NCBI GenBank assembly: GCA_951406725.2
Contig: OX597814.1
Coordinates: 42,780,001 to 42,844,000, forward strand
DNA length: 64,000 nt
Source of the DNA: Octopus vulgaris
Lineage: Eukaryota
Reading direction: 5' to 3'
Below, piece by piece: positions 32,520-45,791 of this stretch. Position numbers and translations under genes: made by a program. The notes under the pieces were generated by a model, which made no database searches, had not been told where the DNA came from, and was given only the letters and a program-made list of their open reading frames with translations. How positions within the stretch are numbered: the stretch's first letter is position 1; the number at the start of each line of letters is the position of its first letter.

Positions 32520-32520
<1 letters not shown>
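31210..32520 (-). mobile_element. RTE-BovB-like LINE, decayed 3' half
   Basis: LVAPILFEIYF..., ELLYADDCDL..FGLTINLKK, LYKSFVLPSLLYSCETW, MRWCGHIFRI..MQKQLFYCEL, and a C2H2-like tail (VCDRPCLSFTGLKSHLRTH). Confidence 0.9.
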
Positions 32521-33405
<885 letters not shown>

Positions 33406-33424
33406 AAGTATGTATATGCATGTG

Positions 33425-33441
33425 TATATATATATGTATAA

Positions 33442-33499
<58 letters not shown>

Positions 33500-33518
33500 A
33501 TACGTGTATACAATTATG

Positions 33519-33551
<33 letters not shown>

Positions 33552-33690
33552 ATATATATATATATATATATAAATATATATATGTATACATACACAGACA
33601 TATAAGTATATATATATATATGTATATACACACAGACATATAAGTATATATATGTATACATATACATATATATACCCGTACATATATCTA
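33425..33690. repeat. Interrupted (TA)n tract
   Basis: Direct reading. Confidence 0.95.
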
Positions 33691-35080
33691 TATGTGTGTG
33701 TATGTTTTTATGTATCTATGTATGTATGTATATGAGGCAGGAGTATCTTTAATGCATCGCAGTCAAATGATGGCTTGGTTGGCTGAAAATTTGAAGATGC
33801 ATTCAATAGCATTCTTGTATAAGAATAACATATTTTCTTGATCTTACCTTAGCAGAACAGTAAACTGTGTGTGTGTGGATATTATTTTCCCTAAGGTACG
33901 ATCAAGAAAAAAGCAGCATCCTTTGTGAGATAAATATCATTTAATATTCACACTCTAAAGATAAGAGCTACTTTTAGTTTCTTCCCATGAGGAAACGAGG
34001 CAGGGCCTGTTATTCAAGTTATTTTTTTATGATGTACCTTCTATCTCTATGCAATATCAGGCTCTGAGATGAGTTAATAAAAACATGTAGATAGAAAAGA
34101 AGCGAAAAAGAAAATTAGAGTTATATTTCCTTTGATCTTAAAACCACGTTGTACAAGAGTAGTTCAACGGAGAGGAGTAGTCCAACGGCTGCAAGACACC
34201 TGCCTATTCTGGAGTATTGTTCCCTAGGTCGCCAAAATGACTTTCTCCATATACTTGCTGGTGCTGAAAATTTCTGATCTGCAATTAAGTAGATGGTAGA
34301 AGTTCAGATTAAGCCGAATGTGCAATCTTACAGCTGCGTATAATTCTCATATTAATTTACACATGTCATGTATTTCCTTATGTAGTGCGGTCGAAAATAG
34401 ATGGGAGAACAGGGTTTGTTTGCGTGTGTAAACATCTCCTCGGGTGTTTCCCCGTGTGTGTGAGTGTGCATGTTCTTATGGGTGAGACAATTCTGTGAAT
34501 GTGTTCTCGTGAGCGCGCATTTGTGTGTGAATATGTGAGTGTTTGCTTATGTGTGTGCATCTGCCTGTGCGTGTGATGTAGTGGGCTTTGTGAATAGTTA
34601 AGATTTTTGTGTATGTCTGAGTGAGTACGATCATGCATCCTTAATATGTGTTACTGCATACCTGTGTGTGTGCATGAGTGCACATGCGCCTATGCATGTC
34701 TCCGTGTGTACGTGTGTATGTATGACTTCCGTCGTGTATGTGTGTATGCGGGAAGCTTGTTCTTGCGTTCTTGCTGCTCTGCGTTTTAGCGTGTGCGTGC
34801 GCGTGTAATAGAATTGTTCATAAGTACTTGTATTATTTGTATGAAATTCCTTGTATCCTGCTTCCATTCTAAACTTACGCCTTTCTCTACATACCAATAT
34901 CTCCATGCGTCCTTGCGAACGCATGTAAGCTTCAGGGTGCGTGAGTGCTTGTGAGCGTGCGCGTGGATGTGTATGGTTGTGTATTGGACTTACACGCATT
35001 TAAAAATTTACACGGATTTAATTGTAATGATTTCCATGCTTCCTGCTGTTGTCCTAACGATGGTTTTATATACCTGTCTA

Positions 35081-35262
35081 TAGGCGCAGGCACTGCTCTG
35101 TGATTGCTAGTTCCAGGTTCACTCCCACCCATGGCACCTTGGATGACTTTCGTCTAGTATAGACTCAGAACGACCAAAGCGTTGAGCGGATTTGGTAGAG
35201 GGAAGCTAAAACAATCCCGTCTTATATAAATGAGTGTTTGTGTTTGTTTCCGAGTGTGCGCG
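35081..35262 (+). mobile_element. Decayed partial tRNA-SINE (9141 family)
   Basis: aggcgcagg...ccaggttcactccca...ccaaagc.ttgagcggatttggtagagggaa. Confidence 0.7.
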
Positions 35263-35367
35263 TGTGTGTATGGAGTGAGAAAGAGAGCGAGAGGATCTAG
35301 GTAAGATTTATGTAGGCATTTAGAAACTCAAATATTTATGAATTTATATAAGTGTGAGTGTGACTGA

Positions 35368-35447
<80 letters not shown>

Positions 35448-35450
<3 letters not shown>

Positions 35451-35670
35451 AGCTGACAGAGACGTTAGAACGCCGGGCGAAGTGCTTCGCGGTATTTCAC
35501 CCGTCGCTATGTTCTGAGTTCAAATTCCGCCGAGGTCGGCTTCTCCTTTCAGCCGTTCGGGGTCGATAGATTAAGTACCAGTTCCGCACAGAGGTCGATG
35601 TAATCGACTTAATCCGTTTGTCTGTCCTTGTTTGTCCCCTCTAAGTTTAGTCCCTTGTAGGTAATAAAGT
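35448..35670 (+). mobile_element. tRNA-derived SINE (28181 family)
   Basis: gcgagctgacagagacgttagaacgccgggcgaa...gagttcaaattccgccgaggtcg...ggggtcgata...gtcgatgtaatcgac, inserted between (TA)n tracts. Confidence 0.85.
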
Positions 35671-35705
35671 AACATATATACATATATATATATATGTATA
35701 TATTT

Positions 35706-35776
<71 letters not shown>

Positions 35777-36484
35777 CATACATGCATATATCGTTGGCTC
35801 CTGCTCGTGTCCGAGCATTGGGTTCATCAGTTTCTCTTCAGTTTCCGCGACAGATGTTTGTGCTAAATGAGACATCGGAATCCAAGTCGGTGGTGAGTGT
35901 CGTGGGCAGAATTCGCACAGGATGGTCGGAGCAGGTTGAGGATGATGAAGGTGCATCTTTCCTCTCTTTTACACATATGTACACACATATAGTTACATAC
36001 GTATATACATAAACCCATGCACTCACATTTATATATATTAATATATATATGTATGTGAATATATTTTTTCTACACATGAATATTTTGTCAAAGTTCACTT
36101 TTAAACCGGATGCAAAGTACACACTGCACTTCAATCACTGAGTGTCTAGTATGTGTATGCAGATGACCTCCTTTCTACTACTATCTTAAATTCTTTACTG
36201 AAAATGTAAAGTGTTTATTAGTGAGATAGTCCCCTCGTCTCCACCGGAGTCGGTTGCAACTACCCCTAGGAAGTTATTTCCTCAGTGTCGATGTGAAAAA
36301 ATATAAAAATCATTCTTTTACCATTTACTTGCTTAAAATTTTTGACTGCATCCATGCTGGGGCAACGCTATATTTTGTAATGTATTTGGTAACTCTTATT
36401 CGTCTTCGTAGTAGGAATGCCTGACAAAGTTCGTTGGGTTTCTTCAGTTATTTCGTCTTTTACAATGTTATGTATCTATGTTTG

Positions 36485-36589
<105 letters not shown>

Positions 36590-37945
36590 TCTACTAATCT
36601 ATATGTTTGTCCCCCCATTTATATATACGTTTGTCTGCCTTTTTTTCTATTTATCTATTATAATTTCTTTGTATTTTATTTTATTTATCACTCTATACCT
36701 ATCTGACTCGCTCTATCCATCGACATGCAGTTCCGATTCGATTGCTGGTCCGGTTATTCACTCAATAAGTCGGTGAATTCAAGTACATATAAATGACACG
36801 TGCACACGCGCGCACACACGCATACACACACACAAGTACACACATACACACAAGGACACAAACACACACACTGACACATATATATATATATAAAGTGAAA
36901 TTCTCTGCATGGGAAGGGTACACACTAACAATATAAGATCGATTTCATATACTGTAAAAATCATTATTAGAAAAGCAACCACTCTACTAAAATAAATATA
37001 CTATTGTTGTTTAAATGTAAGAAATTCATTTGAATATATAAGTCAGTTTAAGCTGTACTCGCGTTTATGACTGAGTTTTACACACGCACACAAACACACA
37101 CACACACACACATACTCACACATCTATGTATATATCCATATATAACCAGCGACGACGTCTACGAACAGTGACCTTACCATCTGAATGTTAACCCAACAAG
37201 CTTTAATGATGCGACATTAATATTTATTTCGCATAATTTGGTTACCACATAGAAAAATCTTGTTCTAATATTTGAAATCAATACAATGCCCAAAAGCAAA
37301 GTTGTAGCACTCTATTATATATACATTAAAGTTTATGTAGATATTCGAAATGGTTTCCTGCCACGAAGTATTTTCTGTATTGTCTTCATAGATAATATTG
37401 ATTTGTGTTGGGAAGATACAATGGGAATATGTGTATTGTAGCGACGAGAAAATATTCAACGGACCCCAATGTATTAATGGTGATTTCTTTTTTTTTTTTT
37501 AAATATTTGCGAAAAGAAACGTCTACACAGGTTCGATGTAAACAAACATATTTAGTGGTGCATATTTACCATATATATTGTTGTTATTTTTTCTTTTTCT
37601 TGAATAATGACAATCATGTAGAATAGATGGAAAAAGGAAATAATGATATTCATAAGTTAGTAATACAATGATTGTATATGTGAAGTGGAAATTGTTAATA
37701 TTGAAAATGCCTCACGGTCTAGACTTTCGTTAGGTCAAATCCTACTATACTGTATTAGTCAACGATATATATTTTATTGATTTTTTCTCCCTTTTTCCTT
37801 TAATTTGATGTAATGAATATAATGTAAAGAATTCACGAATCAGGCGGGTAGTATAATGAATAAACTGCTTAAAAATTTATTGGAACGGGGTTGTCTCATT
37901 CTCCCACTGTCTCCCCCTCTCTTTGTCTCTCTTTCTCTCTCTTAT

Positions 37946-38031
<86 letters not shown>

Positions 38032-38189
38032 TGTGTGTATGTATACGTATATATATATATATATGCGCGTGTGTATTACGTATTTATGTATTGTATACAT
38101 TGTTTCAAACTCACTCTGAGATTTCAGCATATAACTACACATATATAGTTATCTACACACACACACACATATATATATACACATATATA

Positions 38190-39665
38190 CAGTAGCAGCC
38201 ATAGTATAAGTGTCACTGAGCACAAGTCTATTGAAATAGTTACTATAGAAAATTAACAACATGTTGAGACTAGAAATTTTACACATATTTACATATGCAT
38301 ATATATATATGCATATATCTGTCGTGAAAATTTCAAGTGAAAGAACTGAATATTTTGTAAGTTATGAGGAAATAACCAAGCAAACCTCGAAATTGCAGCG
38401 GCCAAAAATTATAGGTCACTTAGAAAGGATGAACTACTAACCGAGGTATTTGTTGCTTCGAAGACTGTTAATGGGGTAACAGTTACTCCTTATGATCTTA
38501 CATTACTGGGACATTCAACTGTCAATATGGATGCTTGTGAGAGACTATCCTGTCCTGTGATGTAAAACAAATGAATGTGTGCCTTCACCAAAAGGACAAG
38601 TCAAATTCTATGAAAGCAACTACTGTAGGAAGGTCTAGAAGTGTTGTGCAACGAATTGTAGCTCGTTTTAAGTCATCAGGATCGACGGATGCTAAACCAC
38701 AAACCGGTAGACCTCGTAAGACCTCACCAAGAATGTATCGTATTATGACAGGTTCCAGATATCCCACGAGCTTAGCTCCACTTCCGAAGTCAACGTATCG
38801 CGTAAAGCAGTTTCGCGTAGATTACGTGGTTCTAAGTTGCTTGATCGGTATCGGCAAAGAAACTTCTGTTGTTTGTACAGAAGAACGGTGGTAGCAGATT
38901 CATTTTCGTGATGAATCGAAGTTTAATGTGATTGATTCTGATGGTGGGGGGGTATACGTCCGACGAGTGGAGAACGGTTATCTCGTGCATGTGTGAAATA
39001 GAAAGTGAAGTATGGAGGAGGCAGTGTAAAAGTATGATGAGTGATCTCTGCTGCTGTACCTTGTCAACTTATTCATCTACAAGGGACCGTCAATGCTCAA
39101 ATCTACAAGCAGATTTTAGACAGCATGCCCTTCCTTATCTCAAATCCTCGTCAGTTCACCCTCCTATCTTAGTGCAGGACAACGCTCCCTATCACGCTGC
39201 AAAGAGAGTCAAAGATCTTTTTTAAGTGATGAAGAGGTTAGGGCTGGCCACCTCAAATTCCCGATCTCAACCCTATAGAAACGTTTGGAATCTTATTGAA
39301 GAAAGGGTGCGAAGGTGAAATCCAAAAACCAAGATAAAATTTGGGAATTATACAAAAACAAATGGAACAATATTACTCCATCATTTTGCAAGAAATTAAT
39401 GCAGTCATATGGTAAAACACGTCTGGAGGCCATTGATAGTAAAGCGATGTTCAGAAAATATTAATAGTAAGAGTTTCTTTTTTGTTTTTGTATTTTTCCT
39501 TGTATTTCTAAGTGACCCTTAACTTTTCACCATTGCAATTTGGAAAAATATTTGTTTATTTCCTCATAACCTACGAAATATTTATACCTTTCACTTGCAC
39601 TTTTAATGAAAGATAGATGTTAGATATATCTCAGTAGGTGTAAAATATCTCGTCTCAACAATTTG
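38190..39665 (+). mobile_element. Tc1 (DD34E) transposon with long inverted repeats, decayed
   Basis: TA+CAGT start. Transposase remnants GRSRSVVQRIVARFK..TGRPRKTSPR, FRDESKF, LVQDNAPYHAAK, WPPQIPDLNPIE. The left IR (~38260-38426) matches the right IR (39505-39665). Confidence 0.9.
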
Positions 39666-39739
39666 ATATATATATCTTGTCTCAACATTTTGACATATAT
39701 GTCAAAACAATTTTTTCAGACTCCTTGTTACTCTCAATT

Positions 39740-41215
39740 TCAAGTGTGCGGCTAGTCTTCGGTCATTTGGGTCTGAATAACAGTTCTATTGAATAGCGTC
39801 CATCCATACTACTGTCCGTTAGCTTGCGATTGGTCGAGAAAATCACACTGTTTAGTAGTTTGATGTATTTCAACGAGAACTATTAGTTAGAAAATACTGG
39901 TGAACAGGCAATCAACCGCGTGTTGAAGAAGAAATCGGCCGCGTGGTGGACAAGAAACCGGTCGTGTGGTTGGAGGGTATGTACGAAGAGGTAGTAGATG
40001 TAGGGATATGTATGAATTTATCTACACGTATGTGCCTATGTATCTTCGTGTATGCATCTGTACTTATACGAATGCTTATATGTGCTCAGGTGTACATTCA
40101 CAAAACCGCGCGCGCGCACAGACACGCAGATGAATGTACACACGTACAAATATGCACACACGGACACATGCACACTAGCGTGCACTGCTCTATTTCCATT
40201 CACATATTTACACGAGCATACGCCCGCGCACACACAAGCGTGCCCGTGCACATACATGCACACACACGGTTGCACATGTATATGGGAATACACACTCACT
40301 TATGTACACCCGTGCATACGCATCCGTGTGCATTCATACGGGGAGCAGATGCATATGCGTAGTCATGCACATATACTCGTGTGGTCATGCACAAGGGGTG
40401 ATGTACAAGAGGTTACAGTTTGCGAGTAAACATGCATGGAAAAGTGTTCAGGATTGGTAATTTGTGGTACTGGTCATGGGGGTTAACTTGTGACGGCGAC
40501 CTTGAACGAGGCAGTGGTAGGTTCGCTTGATATTTAGGCTGGTATATCCGGGTTGTCGGCGGTCAGTGGTTTGGGCTTTTCCAGAAGGGTGTACATCTCG
40601 TGACATCAGTACAAACCGCATATTTCTTGTTGATGACAACCGCGGGTTGGAAGATGATATGCAGTTTGTCGCGGAGGTACAGCTGGCAATTAGGGGTGCA
40701 AGGTGAACATGGTATCACCCTTTTGATAATACTCCATTTGATGCTGGGTGTTTCGTCTCGGAGATCAAGATGTCTCGAAATAAATTGCGAGGAAGAACTA
40801 CTATTCTCTCTGCCCCTGGAACTAAATGAATGCAAGTACTGGGAAATATTTTGGCTGTCATTCTCGTATAGAGCCTACAAATGCCCTCGGATTGTTTAAG
40901 GCTGTTTCTGTATACTATAGCCTATGGGAGGTAGGATCTTTCTGGAGGGCAGTTTAGGTGTTTAGAGGGTTGCAAGTTGGGGTTGGGAGTTGTATATGTG
41001 GGTTTTTATGTCTGTTGATGCGTGCGATGTTGTCTAAGTAGGAGTAGCTTCCCTTGACATTACGGGGTCGTTGAATAATTTGTAATACTTATGACCTCTG
41101 AGGATATGTTGCTTTTGTAATGCCTGGAAACCACTGGCTACGTTACTAGAAACTTCTAGGTTAACTGTTTCTAACCACACGCTTGAAAATCCCTATAATT
41201 GTGCCTTTGCTTCGT
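39740..41215 (-). mobile_element. Decayed Penelope-like element (possibly Naiad/Nematis-type C-terminus)
   Basis: Remnants VSSNVASGF..HILRGHKYYKLFND..VKGSYSYLDNI (41010-41190) and LRDETPSIKWSIIKRVIPCSPCTPNCQLYLRDKLHII..VINKK (40600-40835) are typical of a PLE linker and GIY-YIG tail. The downstream boundary is approximate. Confidence 0.72.
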
Positions 41216-41250
41216 TTGTCTACTCCCTCGTATATACATACATACATACA

Positions 41251-41300
<50 letters not shown>

Positions 41301-41315
41301 CGTGTGTGTGTGTGT

Positions 41316-41560
41316 GGAGGCGCGTGGCTTAGTGGTTAGGGTGTCAGCATCATGATCGTAAAATTATAGTTTCTATTCCTGGACCGCCCGACGCGTTGTG
41401 TTCTTGAGCAAAACACTTCATTTCACGTTGCTCCAGTGCACTCAGCTGGCAAAAATGAGTAACGCTGCGATGGCGTCCCGTCCAGCTGGAGAACACATAC
41501 ATCATAGTAACCGGGAAACCGGGCCCATGAGCCTGGCTAGGATTTTAAAAGGGCGCATTT
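41316..41560 (+). mobile_element. tRNA-derived SINE with a V-SINE-like central segment
   Basis: Head ggaggcgcgtggcttagtggttaggg...; ttgtgttcttgagcaaaacactt; ctgcgatggcgtcccgtccag...gaaaccggg. Confidence 0.8.
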
Positions 41561-41565
41561 ATATA

Positions 41566-41608
<43 letters not shown>

Positions 41609-41830
41609 AAATAAGAACATGGAGAAATACATCGAAATCAAATATCAATTACCAGATAATACTCAATCACATACTTTATTAAACCACTACATAAGAAACT
41701 ATAAGGTTGAACATAATAATGCAGGGTAAAGCCGTGTACATGGAGGAGTGTACATAAAATAGTATTGTTACACAATAATTAGAATACGTATAATAGAACA
41801 TAAATATAAGTAAATATAAATATAGACTAT

Positions 41831-41957
41831 ATCTTACAGCTGTTTCGGCCATGTAGATAAGCATGTCTCATTCAACTCATATTAGCCATTTATGGTAGGT
41901 CAATATGTAGTTATAAATGAGACATTTACAAAAACATCATAAGGCCTCTTCGGAGAT
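41831..41957 (-). ncRNA. Type-I hammerhead ribozyme candidate with a long stem II
   Basis: Minus strand AUCU-CCGAAGA-GGCC-[92 nt]-GGCC-GAAA-CAGCUG-UA-AGAU. Stems I and II pair, stem III is palindromic (ACAGCUGU), and the cleavage triplet is GUA. Confidence 0.75.
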
Positions 41958-42109
41958 TACAAATTAGATTACATATATACTTATAAAGGTGTGGGTATAT
42001 ACCCATAATAAAACATATACATATACATATGAGTGCATATACTCATTCTCATATATATATATATATATACTCATATATACTCATACATATATATATATAT
42101 ATACTCATA

Positions 42110-42148
<39 letters not shown>

Positions 42149-44071
42149 GAGTAACAAAGATGTATAAATATATTTAAACACATTCACTATAATGAGCAAA
42201 TATTTACATGATTCCGTTGCTAAATTGTTGGGCAGAAAGAAAATGAGAGTAGTGATGCCAATTTTTACAATAGGGAGGATGTAAACTTCAAAACATCTTA
42301 TACTAGAACTTTAGGGAGTTATATATTAATTAATACCATGGCAGACCTTTCTACTATCTAAGAAGACAGAACCGTACATCCGACAATATCAACACCAGAG
42401 TGTAGGTCATGGGTAGTAAACGAGAATGTTTGATGGGGAGTAGTGTTAATAAAAAGAAAAAAAGGGGATAGCGATAGGAAATAAATATTATTTCAAATGT
42501 CATCTGAAAGGGGGAGAAAAATGAAGTGTTAAAAGGAATACCTCTTAAACGGATAACTTAGAGTTATGGGTGGAATATGTTTATACAGAAATAGAAGGAA
42601 TAAGTTACTTTACTTATACCGTTAAAGTAAAATATAGATTTAAAGATATATAAAGGCAAGAAAGACATTTCAAACATTACTAAATAAGGGGATAATGTAT
42701 AGTTTAATATATGATAATATAAGACTGCAGCATATAACGACTTTTATGAAAAAAATTGAAAATTATAAATTGCCACCAGATTTTTATGCTATAAACTTTA
42801 TAAATATAAAGATATAAAAATTTTTTAAATTAGATTATAAGAGCGTAAACAAATATAAATATAAAATATGATATAAAGAAATGTTGAAAGTATAAAAGAT
42901 ATATATATACAAAGGCGTGAAAATATAAAACGAATTATATAAACTATAAAAATATAATGTGTAATAAAAATATAATAGTTTTACTTTCACAATACACAGT
43001 AGGATATACGAAAAATGTTTCAAAACTGTCAAAGTATTAATAAACATACGAAAATTACGAAAAATATCTGAAGAGTATATAAAATCTCGAAATATAAGGA
43101 TATATTATATAAGTTTTATAAAGTATACGAGAAAATATAAGAAAACATCTGAGAGAAGAATTATAATAAAAAAACTATAATACAAAATTATATTGAAAAT
43201 TTCATTTTTTTAAATAATTTATAAAAATGTAAACCAATAAACGATGCTATGCCAAAATATAAAAAGGAAATAAGTTAATAGAAAATGAAAAAAAAAGAAT
43301 ATATTATAATGGAATTGTTATATAAATAGTTACACACATAATATTAATTGATTATTAATACTAGATTGAATAAGTATACGGGTTACGATAGAGATAAAAT
43401 AGAAGTAAAAATATCGTGAGATGTAGGTTAAGAAAATATATTTAAAATGCAACAAAGAGGAAGGATTGACCTATGATAGTAAAAGGTCAAAGAGGGCATA
43501 TTTTATAATAAGGGGTGAGTTGAAAATGAAGGACATTTTAGGATAGAAAAGCATATTTATATTTACAGTGATATAACAGATTCACTGCTGGGATTGAGTA
43601 CATATATATTATGATTACTAAGAGTTAATATATCAAAGGAGATAAACGAAAAAAAAAGTTACACAAAATATATATATATGATATACTAATTATCATCTTC
43701 TAAAGTATTCAAAGATACGGGTAATCTGATGAACACATGACAATCTAAGACCTAATTTATTATTAAGTTGTTCTTATTTCAATATTAAAAACTATATAGT
43801 TTAATGCATCATAGTCTAGAGCCGTATCGTCTATTTGTGAATGTTTGAGCTCTATGCACGAAATACCATTTCAGATTGAAACCGATAGTATTGTCTTTAC
43901 GTTCCAAGATTTTCGAAAGATGGTTATTCACCCCACCCCTTATTTAGTGAGCATCTGTCATAAACAATGTTGTTAGTTTCTGTCAGTATTGTACATATAT
44001 AAACGACAGTTTTCGGCTAAACATTCAACTGATAACTGGCAGAGGAATCTTTCCCTATAACTGCAACTGCG

Positions 44072-44148
<77 letters not shown>

Positions 44149-44164
44149 CATCATTGTTGCTGTA

Positions 44165-44228
<64 letters not shown>

Positions 44229-44255
44229 GCAATAATAATAATAATAATAATAATG

Positions 44256-44327
<72 letters not shown>
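44072..44327. repeat. (TTA)n immediately followed by (TAA)n (self-complementary microsatellite)
   Basis: 44072-44150 TTA, short spacer, 44165-44327 TAA. Confidence 0.95.
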
Positions 44328-44329
<2 letters not shown>

Positions 44330-44410
44330 GTTGTTAATATGTAAATTATTGATGTTACTCCATCACAAAGTAAAAAAATAACAATAACTAAGAGTGTGAC
44401 TGTTATCGAA

Positions 44411-44451
44411 TGAACAATATTTCCACATCACGTGTGTCTTCCACAGGTTCA
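44411..44451 (-). ncRNA. Minimal hammerhead-like motif, copy 1
   Basis: UGAAC-CUGUGGA-A-GACA cacguga UGUG-GAAA-UA-UU-GUUCA. One mismatch closes stem II. Confidence 0.5.
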
Positions 44452-44619
44452 AAATAAACATGTCGATCTACTTCATTTTGGTAATAGTTAAAGGATTGGT
44501 GATGTTACTCCTCCAGAAAGTCAAAAAGAAACAATAAAAAGATTGCGACTGCTATAGAAAGGAGAATAATTACCAAATGAAACAATATTACGAAATGGAA
44601 TAGATTGAGATGTTTATTT

Positions 44620-44660
44620 TGAACCTCCGGAAGACACGTGAGATGTCGAAATATTGTTCA
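44620..44660 (+). ncRNA. Minimal hammerhead-like motif, copy 2 (core decayed)
   Basis: UGAAC-CUCCGGA-A-GACA cgugaga UGUC-GAAA-UA-UU-GUUCA. Confidence 0.45.
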
Positions 44661-44772
44661 TTCGATAACGGTTGCGCACTTCTTTATTGCTTTTTGTTTT
44701 TACTTTGTGGAGGAGTAACATCAATCCTTTAAATATTACCAAAATGACGTAAATAGAGATGTTTATTTTTAA

Positions 44773-45738
44773 TCGGTCATTCACAGTGTTCGCATCGCTT
44801 GTTTCGTGCTGGTATTTTTGAGAGATACTTTATTCATTGTTTTGTGCTGCTTTGCAGCAATTTGCGCTTTATCGCATCGTTTAGGGGAGAGTGTTATCTA
44901 TGGGTGGAAGGAAAAATTTATTTTATTTAAACCTAAGTGTGTCTGAATTGTCTTCGTTAGGTAAACCACTTAAGGACAGAAAGTGTGGTCCTCCTACACA
45001 CATACCTTAAAAGTAGAACTTCCAGTGATAGGGTAGAGGGGATCCCACCCACAATAGATGTGGCTTGGTTAGCGGCGGCTATACTTCTAGGAAACGAAGA
45101 TAAAATACCCGTTCTCCAAGCCAAGGAAACAGTAACAACCAATTGGAGAGTACAAACATTGGATATATTATACAAGGTTTAATGGAAACCTTGAAAAAAT
45201 GGCAGAAACTGTAACAATTGGGGATGTGGTTTGAAGAGTTAGGGTGAATCCCTCGATGTTTCAAATGTGGCCAATGGGGCACATTAGAGTGGTCTGCCCT
45301 TCACAGACTAACAAAATCAGGAAGAAGTCAGGAAGGAACCAGAGAAAGTGGAAGAAGTACAAATAAACGATAATGAACAGACACAAAGTTTATTAAAGTA
45401 GAAAGAAAGACAAATATTAAGGTGTGGCGTGTATATGTTTTAGCATCAGAGAAACTGAAGAATGAAATAGAAAATTATAAAGGTGGGTACATGTGTTGGA
45501 GAGTGAACTATGACATGAAAGGATTGCCGGATAATATAGAGTATAAAGAACTTATAAAAGAATATGGACTGGATATTTTGGAAGGTAAGAAATTTAAACG
45601 ATAGAGGACGTAAGTAATGCTACCTCGAGGTAGGGCTTCATTTTCATTTATCATTCATCTTGTATCATATGATTTATATATTTTTTGTTTGTTCTATGAC
45701 CCCCCTTCGTTAGTCGCTTGTGGGCAAATTTAAGAAAC
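44773..45738 (+). mobile_element. Tx1/L1-like element carrying only a decayed ORF1, with a ~16-bp TSD
   Basis: LLHTYLKSRTSSDRVEGIPPTIDVAWLAAAI...PRCFKCGQW(G)HIRVVCP (CCHC knuckle, frameshifted). 3' end tgtgggcaaatttaagaaa. TSD agatgtttatttttaa (44757-44772) / aggtgtttattttgaa (45739-45754). Confidence 0.75.
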
Positions 45739-45750
45739 AGGTGTTTATTT

Positions 45751-45791
45751 TGAAACTGTGGAAGACACACGTTATGTCGAAATATTGTCCA
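45751..45791 (+). ncRNA. Minimal hammerhead-like motif, copy 3
   Basis: UGAAA-CUGUGGA-A-GACA cacguua UGUC-GAAA-UA-UU-GUCCA. Stem I is partly decayed. Confidence 0.5.

Noticed and set aside
35786-35962. GC-richer island between microsatellites, possible exon
   Set aside because: No convincing splice sites or recognisable peptide in any frame; needs BLASTX or RNA-seq.
39675-39725. Minus-strand CTGAAAA...palindrome...GAGA as a hammerhead
   Set aside because: Both core boxes are mutated, and part of the sequence is explained by duplication of the Tc1 inverted repeat.
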